A stretch of 64,000 nucleotides of DNA, taken from NCBI RefSeq assembly GCF_009914755.1, contig NC_060925.1. One strand, given 5' to 3'. Position numbers and translations under genes: made by a program. Shown here one piece after another: positions 43,651 to 55,750 of this stretch (within the stretch, counting starts at the first letter, position 1; each line of letters opens with the position of its first letter). This DNA is from the human T2T-CHM13v2.0 reference genome, Homo sapiens. Under the pieces are notes generated by a model. That model had not been told where the DNA came from and ran no database searches. It saw nothing but the letters and a program-made list of their open reading frames with translations.

Positions 43651-43771
43651 TAACATTTGGATCTGCCCAGTCTAGGTATTTGTACTAAAGACATTGTTTC
43701 CTTGATATACCTTTTCCTCCTTTTTCTATCCTTTTCTGACCTTTGCGTCCCCATCCACTTGGGCAAAGCAC

Positions 43772-43886
43772 TGTGTATGCGTGTGCACGTGTGCACACGT
43801 GTATTGTGTGTGCATGTGGTCTGTGTGCACCTGTGTAAATTTGTGAGTGCATGCTTATGTGTGTGGGTGCACGTGTGTGTATGTGC
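43772..43886. repeat. Degenerate (TG)n/(TGCA) alternating purine-pyrimidine tract
   Basis: Read directly. Confidence 0.85.
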
Positions 43887-45384
43887 CAGAGGGTCTCTGT
43901 TTTCATTGAAATTGCACACATTTTCAGGGCCTCACGTTGTTCTAAATGCTTTTTCTTCCAACTCGAGAAAGTCCAACCGTATAGCACAAAGCTCTCAGCC
44001 CATTTCCCCAGAACGGCTGAAACTTATTGCAGTCATGCTGAAAATGGCTCTAAACATAATTAAGGCGCTTTTTTTTTCAGCACCCTGAACATTTTTCTCT
44101 CTCCAGATAATGTCTTGGAAATGGCCCAGAACCCTATGGAGTTGTAAAGGCAACAGGATCTTTGGTATGGTTACATTCCAAAGATGCCTACACGGGTTTA
44201 TCACATCAAGAGGGGAAGAAATAAAACCTCATTTCTGCAGCCCCCTCCCTATCACAAGCTCCTCCATGGACGGTGTCATGCAAAGCTGGAATGAGGCCTG
44301 AAGTAACTACAGCAACACAAATGCCCTCTCTCCAGGCAGGCTCAGGGTCTATCCTCATATTTATTTGGGGGCAACATTTTAAATAACTTTCCCTACAGCA
44401 AAATCATTCCAGCATTCCTGGTTTGTTAAAATACACTTCATCCCAGGTTACCTTTTACCAAATGAGAGCCGATGAAGGGTGTTTCAAAATGGTCAATTCA
44501 AGTGTATTTCTGCTGTGGCAGGCCCCTCTCTGGCCGCTATTGTTGGGGTAATGGAAGCGTGAGCCTGTAAATCCAAGATTAGCCCTGCTTGTGCTCACCT
44601 TGACGCAGTCTTTGAGTCTAATTCTGCTGGGCTGGGAACTGATAAGAGGAAAAAAGCTTTGCTCACGGGTTTAGTTCCTGACTCTGAAGGACTGGAAAAT
44701 GTGACGGATATGAAAGTAAAAGTGTCCCTGAAAATGTCTCAAGGATGGGGCACAGCCTCGTTGGTAGGGACTGATGGAGAGGGGTTGAATGGGCAAGCTC
44801 AGGGCCTTGGTGCAGGGCACAGGTGGGGACGGAGAGGTTAGACATGACCACTGGGAAGAGGAGTCAAGAGGAGAGAGCAAGGGGTGCTCCATGGCTCACC
44901 CATTTTCTGTAACTACCACCCACAAGGATTTGAAGTGGCTTCCAGTAAAATTTGGTTGACAAACCTGCAAAACTAAAGAAGTAAAAACGTTGCTTGTGTG
45001 ACAAAAGGGGTAGGGGATCATTACATCCAAAAATCAACCATAGGGGAAGCTACTAAAAATAAAAACAAACTTCAGCTCTGAGCTTCCAGAAATGCTGGGG
45101 GGGAAGGGAAGCATCAAGTGTCACATAGTTTTTTGCTTAGCAGGACACCGTGGGAGCAAGCAGCATACCTGAACCCCCGGAGGCTAGCACAGTGCCCAGC
45201 ACATAGTACGCTCCTGGAAAGTATTTGTTGATTGAATAAATGGGCCAAGAAGCCTGCAGATTGCGCCTACGGGGAGCCTGCCAAAATTGTCATTGATGGC
45301 TGGCAAACAAAGCAGTGTTGGGGAAAGCGAAAAATAAGAGAGTCCTCAAAGGGACTGGCTGCAGAATTGCAACTAGCACGACTT

Positions 45385-45915
45385 CTTTCCACTTAAAAAC
45401 ACGTCATGAAATATAACATAGAAAAAGAAAAGTGCACAAAACATATGCGGTCAATTATAACCAGCAGGCAGATTAAAAAGTAGAATAGAGGCAGTCTCTG
45501 ACTCACGATGCCTTGACTTACGATTTTTTGATGGTGTGATCAATGGGGTTACAATACTTACAGTGGGGTTACAACACAATCAAGGAACGTTTGTGTTACC
45601 ACGATGGCAAAAGCCCCCAAGACATCCTTCCCATCCAGAGCGATTCATTGTCTTGTTATTCAGCCCAATAATTTCCTTGCTTTTCTTTGTATGTTTGCCA
45701 CCTATGTATTTCAAACCTAAAAATATGGCTCTGTGTTTTCTGTTTTAGGATGAATGGAATTACACCAATGTATTCTTTTTTCCTGATTCTCTCACTCAGG
45801 ATAATGTTTGTGAGTCTCTCATGTTTGCACAGCTGCAGTTTGGCCATTATTGTTGGATTGTGTGAATTACACTTTATCCACACATGCTCCTGTCAGTGGA
45901 CATTTGGGTTTTATT
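45385..45915 (-). mobile_element. Ancient L1 3' fragment with an embedded MER47-like piece (~45490-45595)
   Basis: ctcactcaggataatgtttgtgag...cagtggacatttgggtt; embedded gactcacgatgccttgacttacgatttttt...ggggttac. Confidence 0.6.
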
Positions 45916-48459
45916 CCAGTCTTTGGCAGCCTGCGTGGGCTTTCAGGCCAAATCTGAGGTACATACCCATGAGCTCTCACTTCTGGTTGACATGTGCTCA
46001 AGCTCTTTTGGCCAGCAGGCCATAGCTGCCCCATGAAAAACACCTTGGTTGCTGCCCAGCAACTCCAGGGCTCTTGTGAGGCTCTAAGTCCCCACCTGTC
46101 CCAGAAATCTGTGTTCTGGGAACCCAGTGACTGTCCTATGGCCCCACACCTGCAGCTGTCTTTCTGGCTCAGACACTGAATTCTCTTTCACTCAAGTTTT
46201 ACTCTATTTTCTTGTGTCTGGATTTCACCTCTGCTGTGTTTTCTAACTCATGGGCTAATGCTATCCAGCCCACCTGACAACAGTGGCTGGGTTGCCTTCC
46301 CCTAAATTTGAAAGGGAATTCCAATTGTTGCCCCAGTGCCCGCTATCCGCCTGGGCTCTCTGAATCTGATCAAACATGTTTATTGGTTTTGAGGACATGA
46401 ACAGTGTCTACTGCATCTTTACAGCCAACTGAGGAATGACCAATCGGCCAGCTTCAATGAATCCAAAGTCAAGGGATACAAATGTAAAACTCTCCCACTA
46501 TTTGATGCAGCCACTGTCTCTCAATTATTTCATTAAATGAGTTACAAATACTGTTTTATCTCAACCCAAATTGAATAATGAAGGAAATCAGATTCATCAA
46601 TTCAATTAACCAACATTATTGTGTACTTAGCATGGCCCAGACACCCTTGTTGAGTGCTTTGAATTTAATAATAAGACAAAAAAAGACAAAATGCTGGGGA
46701 AAGTGTCGTTTTTAAAGTGCAGCCTGTCCCTGTACTGTAACGGTGGCACTACAGCTCATATTTAGAATGTCCAGTAAGGGCTTTTTGCTTGTGCAAAGGT
46801 ATGGCAGAGAGTGGTGGGGGGCGGCGATCATAACAGAGGGTGGGGAGCACCCTTAGCAGGAGAGTGGCCGTCTGCATCACCAGGGGAGGGAGGGCTTATA
46901 GGGCAGACTTGTTTGGCTGGAGCAGATCTGCCAGCCAGAATTAAGAAGACTAATGGCCAAAGGAAGACCCCGGACAGAGAGAAGGTGGGAGGACGTGGGG
47001 AGTGGCTTTTCTGAAGCTTTCTCTTTCTAAGTTGTTATTCACCCCATGTTACCCTCAACCTTTCGTAAAACTTTGTTGGACAGTGTGGTTTACTGTTGGT
47101 GGGGCTGGGTAGCAACAAAGATTGTGCCTGATGGGGACAAGGGACAGGGCAGCCCCACTGGTGCGAACTCGCCCAGAGCAGCTGTGGGAGGAGGAGGGAA
47201 GGGGCCTGTGAGAGAGGAAGAGCAATGGGGCCCTGCCTTTCTCCGTCACACCAGCAAGGGCTTGGGTCAGGGGAGTTGACGTTCCCGAAGCGGTTAACCC
47301 AGGAGTGCGGAGAGCTTGGGACCTCTGGGTTAAACATAATGAACATGGTGGAGTCCCTGCTCTCAAGGCATTCCGATCCAGATAGAGGAACCAGTCTGCG
47401 CACTGATGTGTAAAGCACCATGTTGAGCTCCTGGAGGAAGAGGAAGTTGCACCTGGGGAAGGCTTCCTGGAGGAGGCAGTCTAGAGGCCTTGAAGAACAA
47501 GACATCTGGAGGCCAGGCCGTGTGCAGGTCGTTGTGACGGGTGGCACCTAGGGCGTATGGGAACAGCAGCAGTGGGAGACAGGTGAGCATGTCAGTGCCA
47601 GGCCACTGGTTCTCTGATTGCCCGGGTTCTGTGTTTCTCCTTCTCTCACTGTTCCTTGCTTCACGGCTTCTCACGGTGCTGCCCCAGAGGATTCGCACAG
47701 GGAGCAAAACTGGAATCCCTGGGCTCAGCGCCAAATGTGCAGCCCCAGGGAGCTGCTGAGCGGTGCCAGGGGCCCACCTTGGCCCAGGAACGTCTTTGAA
47801 CCATGTGAGGCCATGTGTGTGTCCGGCGTCCCGCTCGCCTGCGGTAGCCACGTAGACTCCGCGTCCCCCCCAGGCTGGATCCTCTCCAGGCTGCAGTGGG
47901 CTTGTTCTGGCAGTGCTGTCCCATAGGCTGCCCTTAAAGAGGAGGCCTCTGAGCCGGCCCTGACCAAGTCACCAACCCCAGCTGGAAGACCCACCAGGTG
48001 CGGTCGGCTGGTGCCCGCCCTGTTGCTCATGGAGGCAGCAGCTTCCTCACTGCTCCTCTTCTAATCGGTCAATGATTTCCAGAGGCAACAATAACTCATG
48101 TTTTTACTGCTTGCTTGAAAGCCTGAGCCTCCCCTTCCCCATGAGCGAGACTATGACGTAACGGAGGCACGATTGAAAGGAAAGTTCGGTGAAATACAGC
48201 CTTCCCTGTATTTCAGTGTCCTCATATTTTCAAAGAGAATAGAAATGGAAGTTTTTAAAGTTGGCCATTCATTTCACGCTGCAATGGGGAGTCACGAGTC
48301 CTTAATTTTTGCATAAACTCTGTTAGAATTTAGTGTTTTCAATTTAGACAGGTCAACTCATCTTTTTTTTTAAACTTAATTTTCCCTTTTATAAAATACA
48401 GTATTGTCGTTCCCAACCTCTTTCCCTAAAAGGATGTTAAAATCCAAACGTTTGGTCAG

Positions 48460-48800
48460 CTTCACCCCTCCTCACCCCAATTCCCCATTTCTTGACATAC
48501 ATGTTTCAGACAATGATGTTAAGGCTCCCCTGGGCACCAGCCTGGGGGCCATCTTTGACTCTTTCCCATCTCCTGTCATCTGCATTCCATCAACCGCAAG
48601 TCCCATCCACTCTTTCCGCCTCCCACTGCCCAACCACCCATGCCCTCCCCAGGGGCAGCTAGCCTCTATTCCCCATCTGCTTCCTCCCGGGCTATCGAAT
48701 TCACCTCCCGAGCAGTCACCTCCTCAGCATGTGTCTCCTCCAGCCACCTACATACTGCTGCCGGGTCAGCTTCCCAAAATGTCCTTCTCCACAGATGGTC
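48460..48800 (+). mobile_element. L2 fragment
   Basis: cctgggggccatctttgactctttccc...ccatcaaccgcaagtcc resembles the L2 3' region; similarity resumes after the MER20. Confidence 0.55.
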
Positions 48801-48808
48801 CTCTATAT

Positions 48809-49023
48809 CAGTGGTTCCCCACCAGCGCGATTCTGCCTCCAGAGATGTGATGGTGTCAGGAGATGCTTGTGGGTGTCACGCGGGCTTGTGTGCTGCTCCT
48901 GGCACGTGGAGGGTAAGAGGCCAGGGATGCTTCTGGACATCCTGGAATGCATGTTGCACACAGCCCCTTCCACAAAGAATGAGCTGTCCCAGAATGTCAG
49001 TAGCGTCACGGCTGAAAACCCTG
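48809..49023 (+). mobile_element. MER20 (hAT-Charlie) DNA transposon
   Basis: cagtggttc start, agaggccagggatgct, cacaaagaatgagctgtcccagaatgtcagtag, gaaaaccctg end; 8-bp TSD-like ctctatat / ctctaagc. Confidence 0.85.
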
Positions 49024-49416
49024 CTCTAAGCGAAACCCTTTCATTGGCTTCCTAGAACTGATTAAAAAAAAAAAAAAATTACCCTGGAATCAAGGCCCTG
49101 AGCAATCAGCCTTCCAACCTGGCTCCAACTTTATCTTCTTTTAGCTCCCAACATCCATGTCCTGCAAGACAAATACTCAGGTTGAGACTAATGGGTTCTT
49201 GAAGACTCCCCAGGTCCCCACTATCACCCCCACCCTCAGCTCACAGAGAATGTGAAATGCTTTGTGTCTGTCTCTGCCACCTGAGCAAACTATGCATTCC
49301 CTTGGATTGCTGATTGCCTTTCCACCTGTAATGGAGACACTATGAATGGCCTCCTTGGGGTCAGAAACACTCTCACTACCCCAGAGACTCAGTGACTGCT
49401 GAGGAAGAAATTCCTA

Positions 49417-49791
<375 letters not shown>

Positions 49792-50759
49792 CTAGCAGCA
49801 CTTGGTATACATTAACAATGAGACCACCCAGCTCTGCAGACCCCAGACACACTTTGGGATACACCACAGTGTCCTGTATTTCTCATCCAAGACCACCCTG
49901 GCGCCTGTACAGAGCACTGGGTCTGAGTGTATGTTCCCAGCACTCTGGGAAGACAGGCACTTGAGATAGATCCCTCTTGGGGGCACAAGCCCACCAGTCA
50001 GATGTCCACACATTCCTTTGCATGCTTCCTTGCTGCACTTCATGGAATGATAGACTGTAGACAAGATTCAAGTCCAATCTTATTTTACATATCAGGAATT
50101 TCTTTGAACTAGAGAGAAGTGGGGTCATTTAACCCAATATCCTGCCCTTGGACAGCATCATCATTGTCATCATCATCATTACCATCATTGTTGTCTTTAC
50201 AAAAATCATTAATACAATCTTTCGTGGTGCACAACAGAACTAGGACTGATACAACTAAACAACCCTTGTTTCCTTGGCGCTTATAATCTAGGGCACACAT
50301 GGATACTTAGGACTTCCAGAAGGCAGAAAAAGCTTAGTATATGGCTAAAATAAGCCTAGGACAAGGCATTTATGTGTGTAGTCAATCAACAAGAATTTAT
50401 TGAGCTCAGAAGAATACAGGGTCATGTTGGAGCATAAAAAGAGAAATGAGATATGACAATAAAAAAGCCACTGATTTTAAAAAATAAATATCAAACTATG
50501 TCATCAAATTGACTGTTACCTTTCAAAATAGTCACCTTAAAATGGATTCCAACATTACTGTTATTTTTTTAAATGCTTGCAGGTTGCCTGCTTTAGGACT
50601 TTGTTTAACGCAAATTTTTAATAATCTGTATGATTCTAAAACCCTGCAAAAATTTGCATCATCTAACTTAATCACTCATATTAGGCACCTCAGATCTCCA
50701 GACAACTTAGCAGTTCCCCAGAATCAAAGCCATTCCTCAAGGAAGATTTGTCACTGTAC

Positions 50760-51200
50760 GATTTTGGAATATTTTTGGATGCAAGTGACAGAAAATCTCA
50801 CCTATAGCGGCCTTAAAAAATACAGGTTTCTTTTTCTTGATAGCAAGTCTGGAGCTAGGTCGTTGCTGGTATTCATGCCATATTCACTCCCTAAGTGAGG
50901 CCAGAACCAGAATCTCTGTGATTATCTTAACCCTTTTCTCATGTTGGCAAGAGGGTTGGTCTGTGCCCCAGGCTCAAATCTATGTTCGAGGAAGGAAGAA
51001 GGAGGGACGTGAGAAGCTGCAAATAGCCACTTTCAGCAGGAACATAATGATTTTCCCAGAATATCCCTCAGAATAATCCTACATATATTTCACTGGTCAG
51101 AACTATACCCCATGGCATTTATAGCCTCTTTAATAGAGATTGTCAAGAAAGAAAAGATTAGGAAGCAGTGCTGGGTAGCAATTTACAGGGTTACAGTGCC
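50760..51200 (-). mobile_element. Old MLT1 (J/K-like) LTR remnant
   Basis: ttggatgcaagtgacagaaaatctcacc..agcggccttaaaa and ttcactggtcagaactataccccatggc resemble old MLT1 reverse text. Confidence 0.5.
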
Positions 51201-51619
51201 AGAGCGCTTCTGAAAATAGGTGAGACCTTGCCAGAAGCTCCCAAATGAGGTCTAATGGTAATTTAAAATGTAGGATTCAGATCTGTACTTTGTTTTAGAA
51301 GCTGGTTTGCCTAAAGACTGTTTGGTAAATCAGAATGACATACACATACACACATCCATACAGCACTGCATATGTTTTATTAATAATAATACGTCAAGGG
51401 TTCTTTTCATCAGGCAGTGGGAACATGAGTCACTCTTGTCCTCTCAAGAAGACTGGACTTGCTTGCTAAGCAAACCGGAATGTCTATAGGCAATGCTAGA
51501 GACAGAAAGAGAGATGAGGAGGGCAGCAGGGCTGCCTGCCTGTCCCTTTACTGGATTTTCTCTGTGTCGTTGTTTCTTGGATTACCTTATAAAAATAATA
51601 CAGCACAGATTTCTAGGCT

Positions 51620-52074
51620 GTGTGACCAACAGCATATAGCAGAAGTAATGGTAAGTCACTTCTGGTATTGGATTCTTAAAATCTGTCACTACCAACTAGG
51701 GTGCTCCCCCCATCCCACTCTCCGTCCTGTCTCACTCCAGGGAAAACCTGCTACCACACGTGAGCAGCCCTGGAGAGGGCTGCATGCCACCGAAGCCTCC
51801 AGCCAGCAGCAATAAGCTAAGACTTGCAACAGCAATGTGAGTGAGCGTGGAAGCCGACTCTTCCACCCCAGATGAGTCTTGCGATGACTGATGACTGCAG
51901 GCCTGGCCACCAGCTTGACTGCACCCTCCTGAGAAGCCATGAGCCAAAGCTATCCAGCCAAGCCACTCGCAGACCCCCCACCCTTAGACGCTATGAAAGA
52001 TAATAAATGTTTCTCGTTTTAAGAGGCTGAGTTATGAGGGTCATTTGTTACACAGCAATAATTAACTAAAATAC
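51620..52074 (+). mobile_element. MLT1F-like LTR
   Basis: gtgagtgagcgtggaagccgactc...cagcttgactgcaccctcctgagaagcc...gataataaatgttt...catttgttacacagcaataattaactaaaataca. Confidence 0.8.
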
Positions 52075-53189
52075 AACTCTAAAGAAGAAAAATCATGTAA
52101 TCATTATGGTAGAGGCAGAAAAAGCATGTAATAATATTTAGCACATACTTATAATTTTTTTTAAAAAGCCTCCCAGTCAGCTAGAAGAAGACAATGTCCA
52201 TATCTATGAGAGCCTCCTCACCACAGAAAACTAAAAAGCTATACTTAGCAGTGAAATGTTAAAACCTTTTCCTCTCAAATTAGAAACAACACAAGGATGC
52301 TTGCTATTGCCATTTTAATTCAACATTTTATCAGAGGACCTATTCAGTGAAGTAAGGAAAGAAAAAGAAATAAAAGAAGGATTGAATGGAAAGAATTAAG
52401 CTGTCATTATTTGCAGATGCCATGCTTGTGTTCACAGAAAATCCAAGAGTCTACACAAATAAACTATTTGAATATTTAGCAACGTCTGGATAAAATGTTA
52501 ATAAAAATCATTGTATTCCTATATACCAGTAACAAAAAGTAGAAAAAGAAATTTAAAATTTATAGCATCTATAATAGCATTTAAAAATCAAACACCTGAC
52601 AATAAATCTAGCAAAAGATTTGCAAGACCTTTCCACACAATGAATTATAAAACATTATTGAAAGAATTTAAAGAAGACATACATACATATGTGGGTCATG
52701 TTTATGTATTAGAAGGTGCATGTTAGTTTTCCACAAATGGATCTATAAATTCAACACATGCCGGTTAAGATCCCAGCAGGAATTTTTGAGAGACTTGATA
52801 AGTCAATGATAAAATGTACCTGGAAACACGAATGGCTATGAGCAAGGCAATTTTGGAGAAAGAGAAAAGTGGGAGAACTTAACGACCCAAAATAAAGACT
52901 TCTTATAAAACTGCAGTAATTTAGATGACTCATGGTGAAAGGATAGACATATGAACAATGGAACAGAAGAGAGAGCCTAGAAAGAGACCCACATGTTTAA
53001 CACTTGATATAACAAAGATAACAGTACACACCAGTGTAGAAACGACAGCCTTTTCAACAAATTATACTAGATCAATTGGTCACCCATATGGAAATACACA
53101 AAATTGACCCCTTCCTCAAGTTACACATACAACTCAATTCTAGATGGGTTTTAGATGTGCATGTGAATGGTAAAATAATAAGTCTAGAA

Positions 53190-54596
53190 CAGCACTATCC
53201 AATAGAAACATAATACAAGCACAAATCCGAGCCACATATCATTTTAAGTACTCTTGTCACATTTTAAAAATAAGAAACAGACTAAATCTTAATTACATTT
53301 TGTATTTAACTCAATATATCCAAAATATTATCATTTCAACATGTAACCAATATAAACATTACTGAGATATTTTACTTACATTGTCTTTGAATTCTAGTGT
53401 ATATTTTACAATTACAACCCATCTCAATTTGTGTATTTATTTCAATAGCCTTTGGGTACAAGTGGTTTTTGGTTACATGGATGAATTACATAGTGGTGAA
53501 TTCTGAGATTTTACTGCAGCGCTCACCCGAGTAGTGTACATTGTACCTAATGTGTAGTTTTTTTTATCCCCGGCCCCCTCTCACCCTCCCGCTTCTGAGT
53601 CTCTACAGTCCATTATATCACTCTGTATGCTTTTGTATACTCATAGCTTAGTTGTCACTTATAAGTGAGAAGATACGGTTTTTGGTTTTCCACTCCTGTG
53701 TTACTTCACTCAGAATACTGGTCTCCAGTTCCATCCAACTTGCTGCAAAAGACATTATTTCATTCCCTTTAATGGCCAAGTAGTATTCCATGATGTGTAT
53801 ACACCACATTTTCTTTATCCACTCATTAGTTGATGAGCACTTAGGTTGGCTTCACATGTTTGCAGTTGTGAATTGTGCTGCTATAAATGTATGTGTGCAA
53901 GTGTCTTTTTCATGTAATGACTTCTCTTCCTTTGGGTAGATACCCAGTAGTGAGATTGCTGGATAGACTGGTAGCTCTATTTTTACCTCTTTAAGGAAAC
54001 TCCACACTGTTTCCATAGAGGTTGTACTAATTCACATTCCCACCAGCAGTGTATAAGCATTCCCTTTTCCCCATATCCACACCAACATCTATTATTTTTT
54101 GACTTTTGAATAATGGCCATTCTTGCAGGAGAAAGGTGGTATCTCACTGTGGTTTTAATTTGCATTTCCCTGGTGATTAGTGATGTTGAACATTTTTTCA
54201 TGTTCATTTCTTTTGAGAAATGTCTATTCATTTCCTTTGCCCAGTTTTTAATAGGATTATTTGTTTTTTTCTTGCTGATTTGTTTGTGTTCCTTAAAGAT
54301 TCTGGATACTAGTCCTTTGTTGGATGCATAGTTTGCAAATATTTTGTCCCATTCTGTGGGTTGTCTGTTTACTCTGTTGATTATTTCTTTCGCTGTGCAG
54401 AAGCTTTTTAGTTTAATTAGGTCCCATTTGTTTATTTTTGTTTTCATTGTGTTTGCCTTTGGGGTCTTAGTCATGAATTCTTTGCCTAGGCCTATGTCTA
54501 GAAGAGTTTTTCCAACACAACCCATCTCAATTTGGACCTGGCATATTTCAAGTGATCAACAGACACATGTGGCTAGTGGCTTCTGTAATAGTGCAG
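53190..54596 (+). mobile_element. MER33-like hAT-Charlie element split by an L1PB
   Basis: cagcactatccaatagaa...atttaactcaatatatccaaaatattatcatttcaacatgtaa...cacatgtggctagtggc; 8-bp TSD gtctagaa / ttctagaa. Confidence 0.8.
53432..54516 (-). mobile_element. 5'-truncated L1PB-type (L1PB2-like) element
   Basis: ORF track 53983..54525 is the ORF2p C-terminus ([18 protein letters not shown]...[14 protein letters not shown]); perfect 18-bp TSD acaacccatctcaatttg. Confidence 0.92.
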
Positions 54597-55067
54597 TTCT
54601 AGAATACAATTAGGATAATATCTTCATAACATTTGAGTAGGCAGAGGCTTCATAAACAGGACACACACACAGAGTTTAAATATTAGTGGATCTAGATTAA
54701 AAGGAAGGTTAGTTTATCAACTTGTATGGCTTAAACAACATTTATATCTCACAGTTCTGGAAGGTGGGAAGTCTAAGATCAAGGTGCCAGCAAATTTCAT
54801 GTCTGGTGAGGTGTCTCATACTGGCTTGCAGGTGATGTCTTCTTAGTGTGTCCTCATATGATGAAGAGAGAAGAAGGGAGGAAGGGAGGAAAAGAGGGAG
54901 GGAAGAAGGAAAAGAGATATCTTGTCTCTTCTTACAAGGGTGTTAATCCCATCATGGGGGTTCCATAGTAACCTCTTCTATACCTAAATATGTCTCAAAG
55001 GCTCCAACTCCAAATACTATCACATTGGGAGTTAGGGTTTCAACATATGAATTTGGGGGGTGGGAGG

Positions 55068-55750
55068 TGCTATGGTTTGAATGTGTCCCCCAGATTTCAT
55101 ATGTTGGAAACTTAATCCTCAAATTCATACATTGATTGGGGGTGGCCCTTTGGGAGGTAATTGGGATTAGATGACATCCTCAGAGTAGGGCCCCCATGAT
55201 GGAACTGGAGGATTTATGAGGAGAGAGAGACCTGAGCTCACACTCTTGCCCCTGCTCTCTTTGTCTTGTGATGTTGTCTGCCATGTAATGATACAGCAAG
55301 AAGACACTCACCAGATGTTGGTGCCATGCTTTTGGACTACTCAGTTTCCAAAACCACAAGTCAGATAAACTTCTGTTCCTGATAAGTTACATAGTCTGTA
55401 GTATTGTCTGTTTTGTTTTTGAGACAGGGCCTTGCTCTGTTGCGCAGACTGGAGTGCAGTAGCACAATCATAGCTTACTGCAGTCTCAGTCTCCTGGGCT
55501 CAAGCAATCTTCTCACCTCAGCCTCCCAGGTAGCTAAGACTACACATGTACACTACCAACCCTGGCTAATTTTTTAAGTTTTTTCTTTTTCAGACACAGG
55601 GTTTTGCTTTGTCCTGACTAGTCTCAAGCTCCTGGCCTCAAGTGATCTGCCTACCTTGGCCTCATAAAGTACTGGCATTACAGGCATGAGTCACTGCACC
55701 TGGCCTAGTCTGAAGCAGTCTGTTATAGCAATAGAAGATGGAATAAAAAT
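55068..55750 (+). mobile_element. MST-family (MSTB/C-like) LTR interrupted by an AluJ
   Basis: tgctatggtttgaatgtgtccccc start; gatacagcaagaagacactcaccagatg; tctgttatagcaatagaa end. Confidence 0.75.
55411..55705 (-). mobile_element. AluJ SINE
   Basis: gagacagggc, atcatagcttactgcagtctc, ctcctgggctcaagcaatc; TSD-like tagtctg.ag..gtctgtt. Confidence 0.9.

Noticed and set aside
47985-48010. CTCF site (ccaccaggtgcgg)
   Set aside because: Matches only the first part of the consensus; the conserved GGC 3' portion is absent.
46811-49055. Dense ORF calls up to 170 aa in the GC-rich region
   Set aside because: Expected from high GC content and L2/MER20 remnants; no known domains, and calls overlap on both strands.
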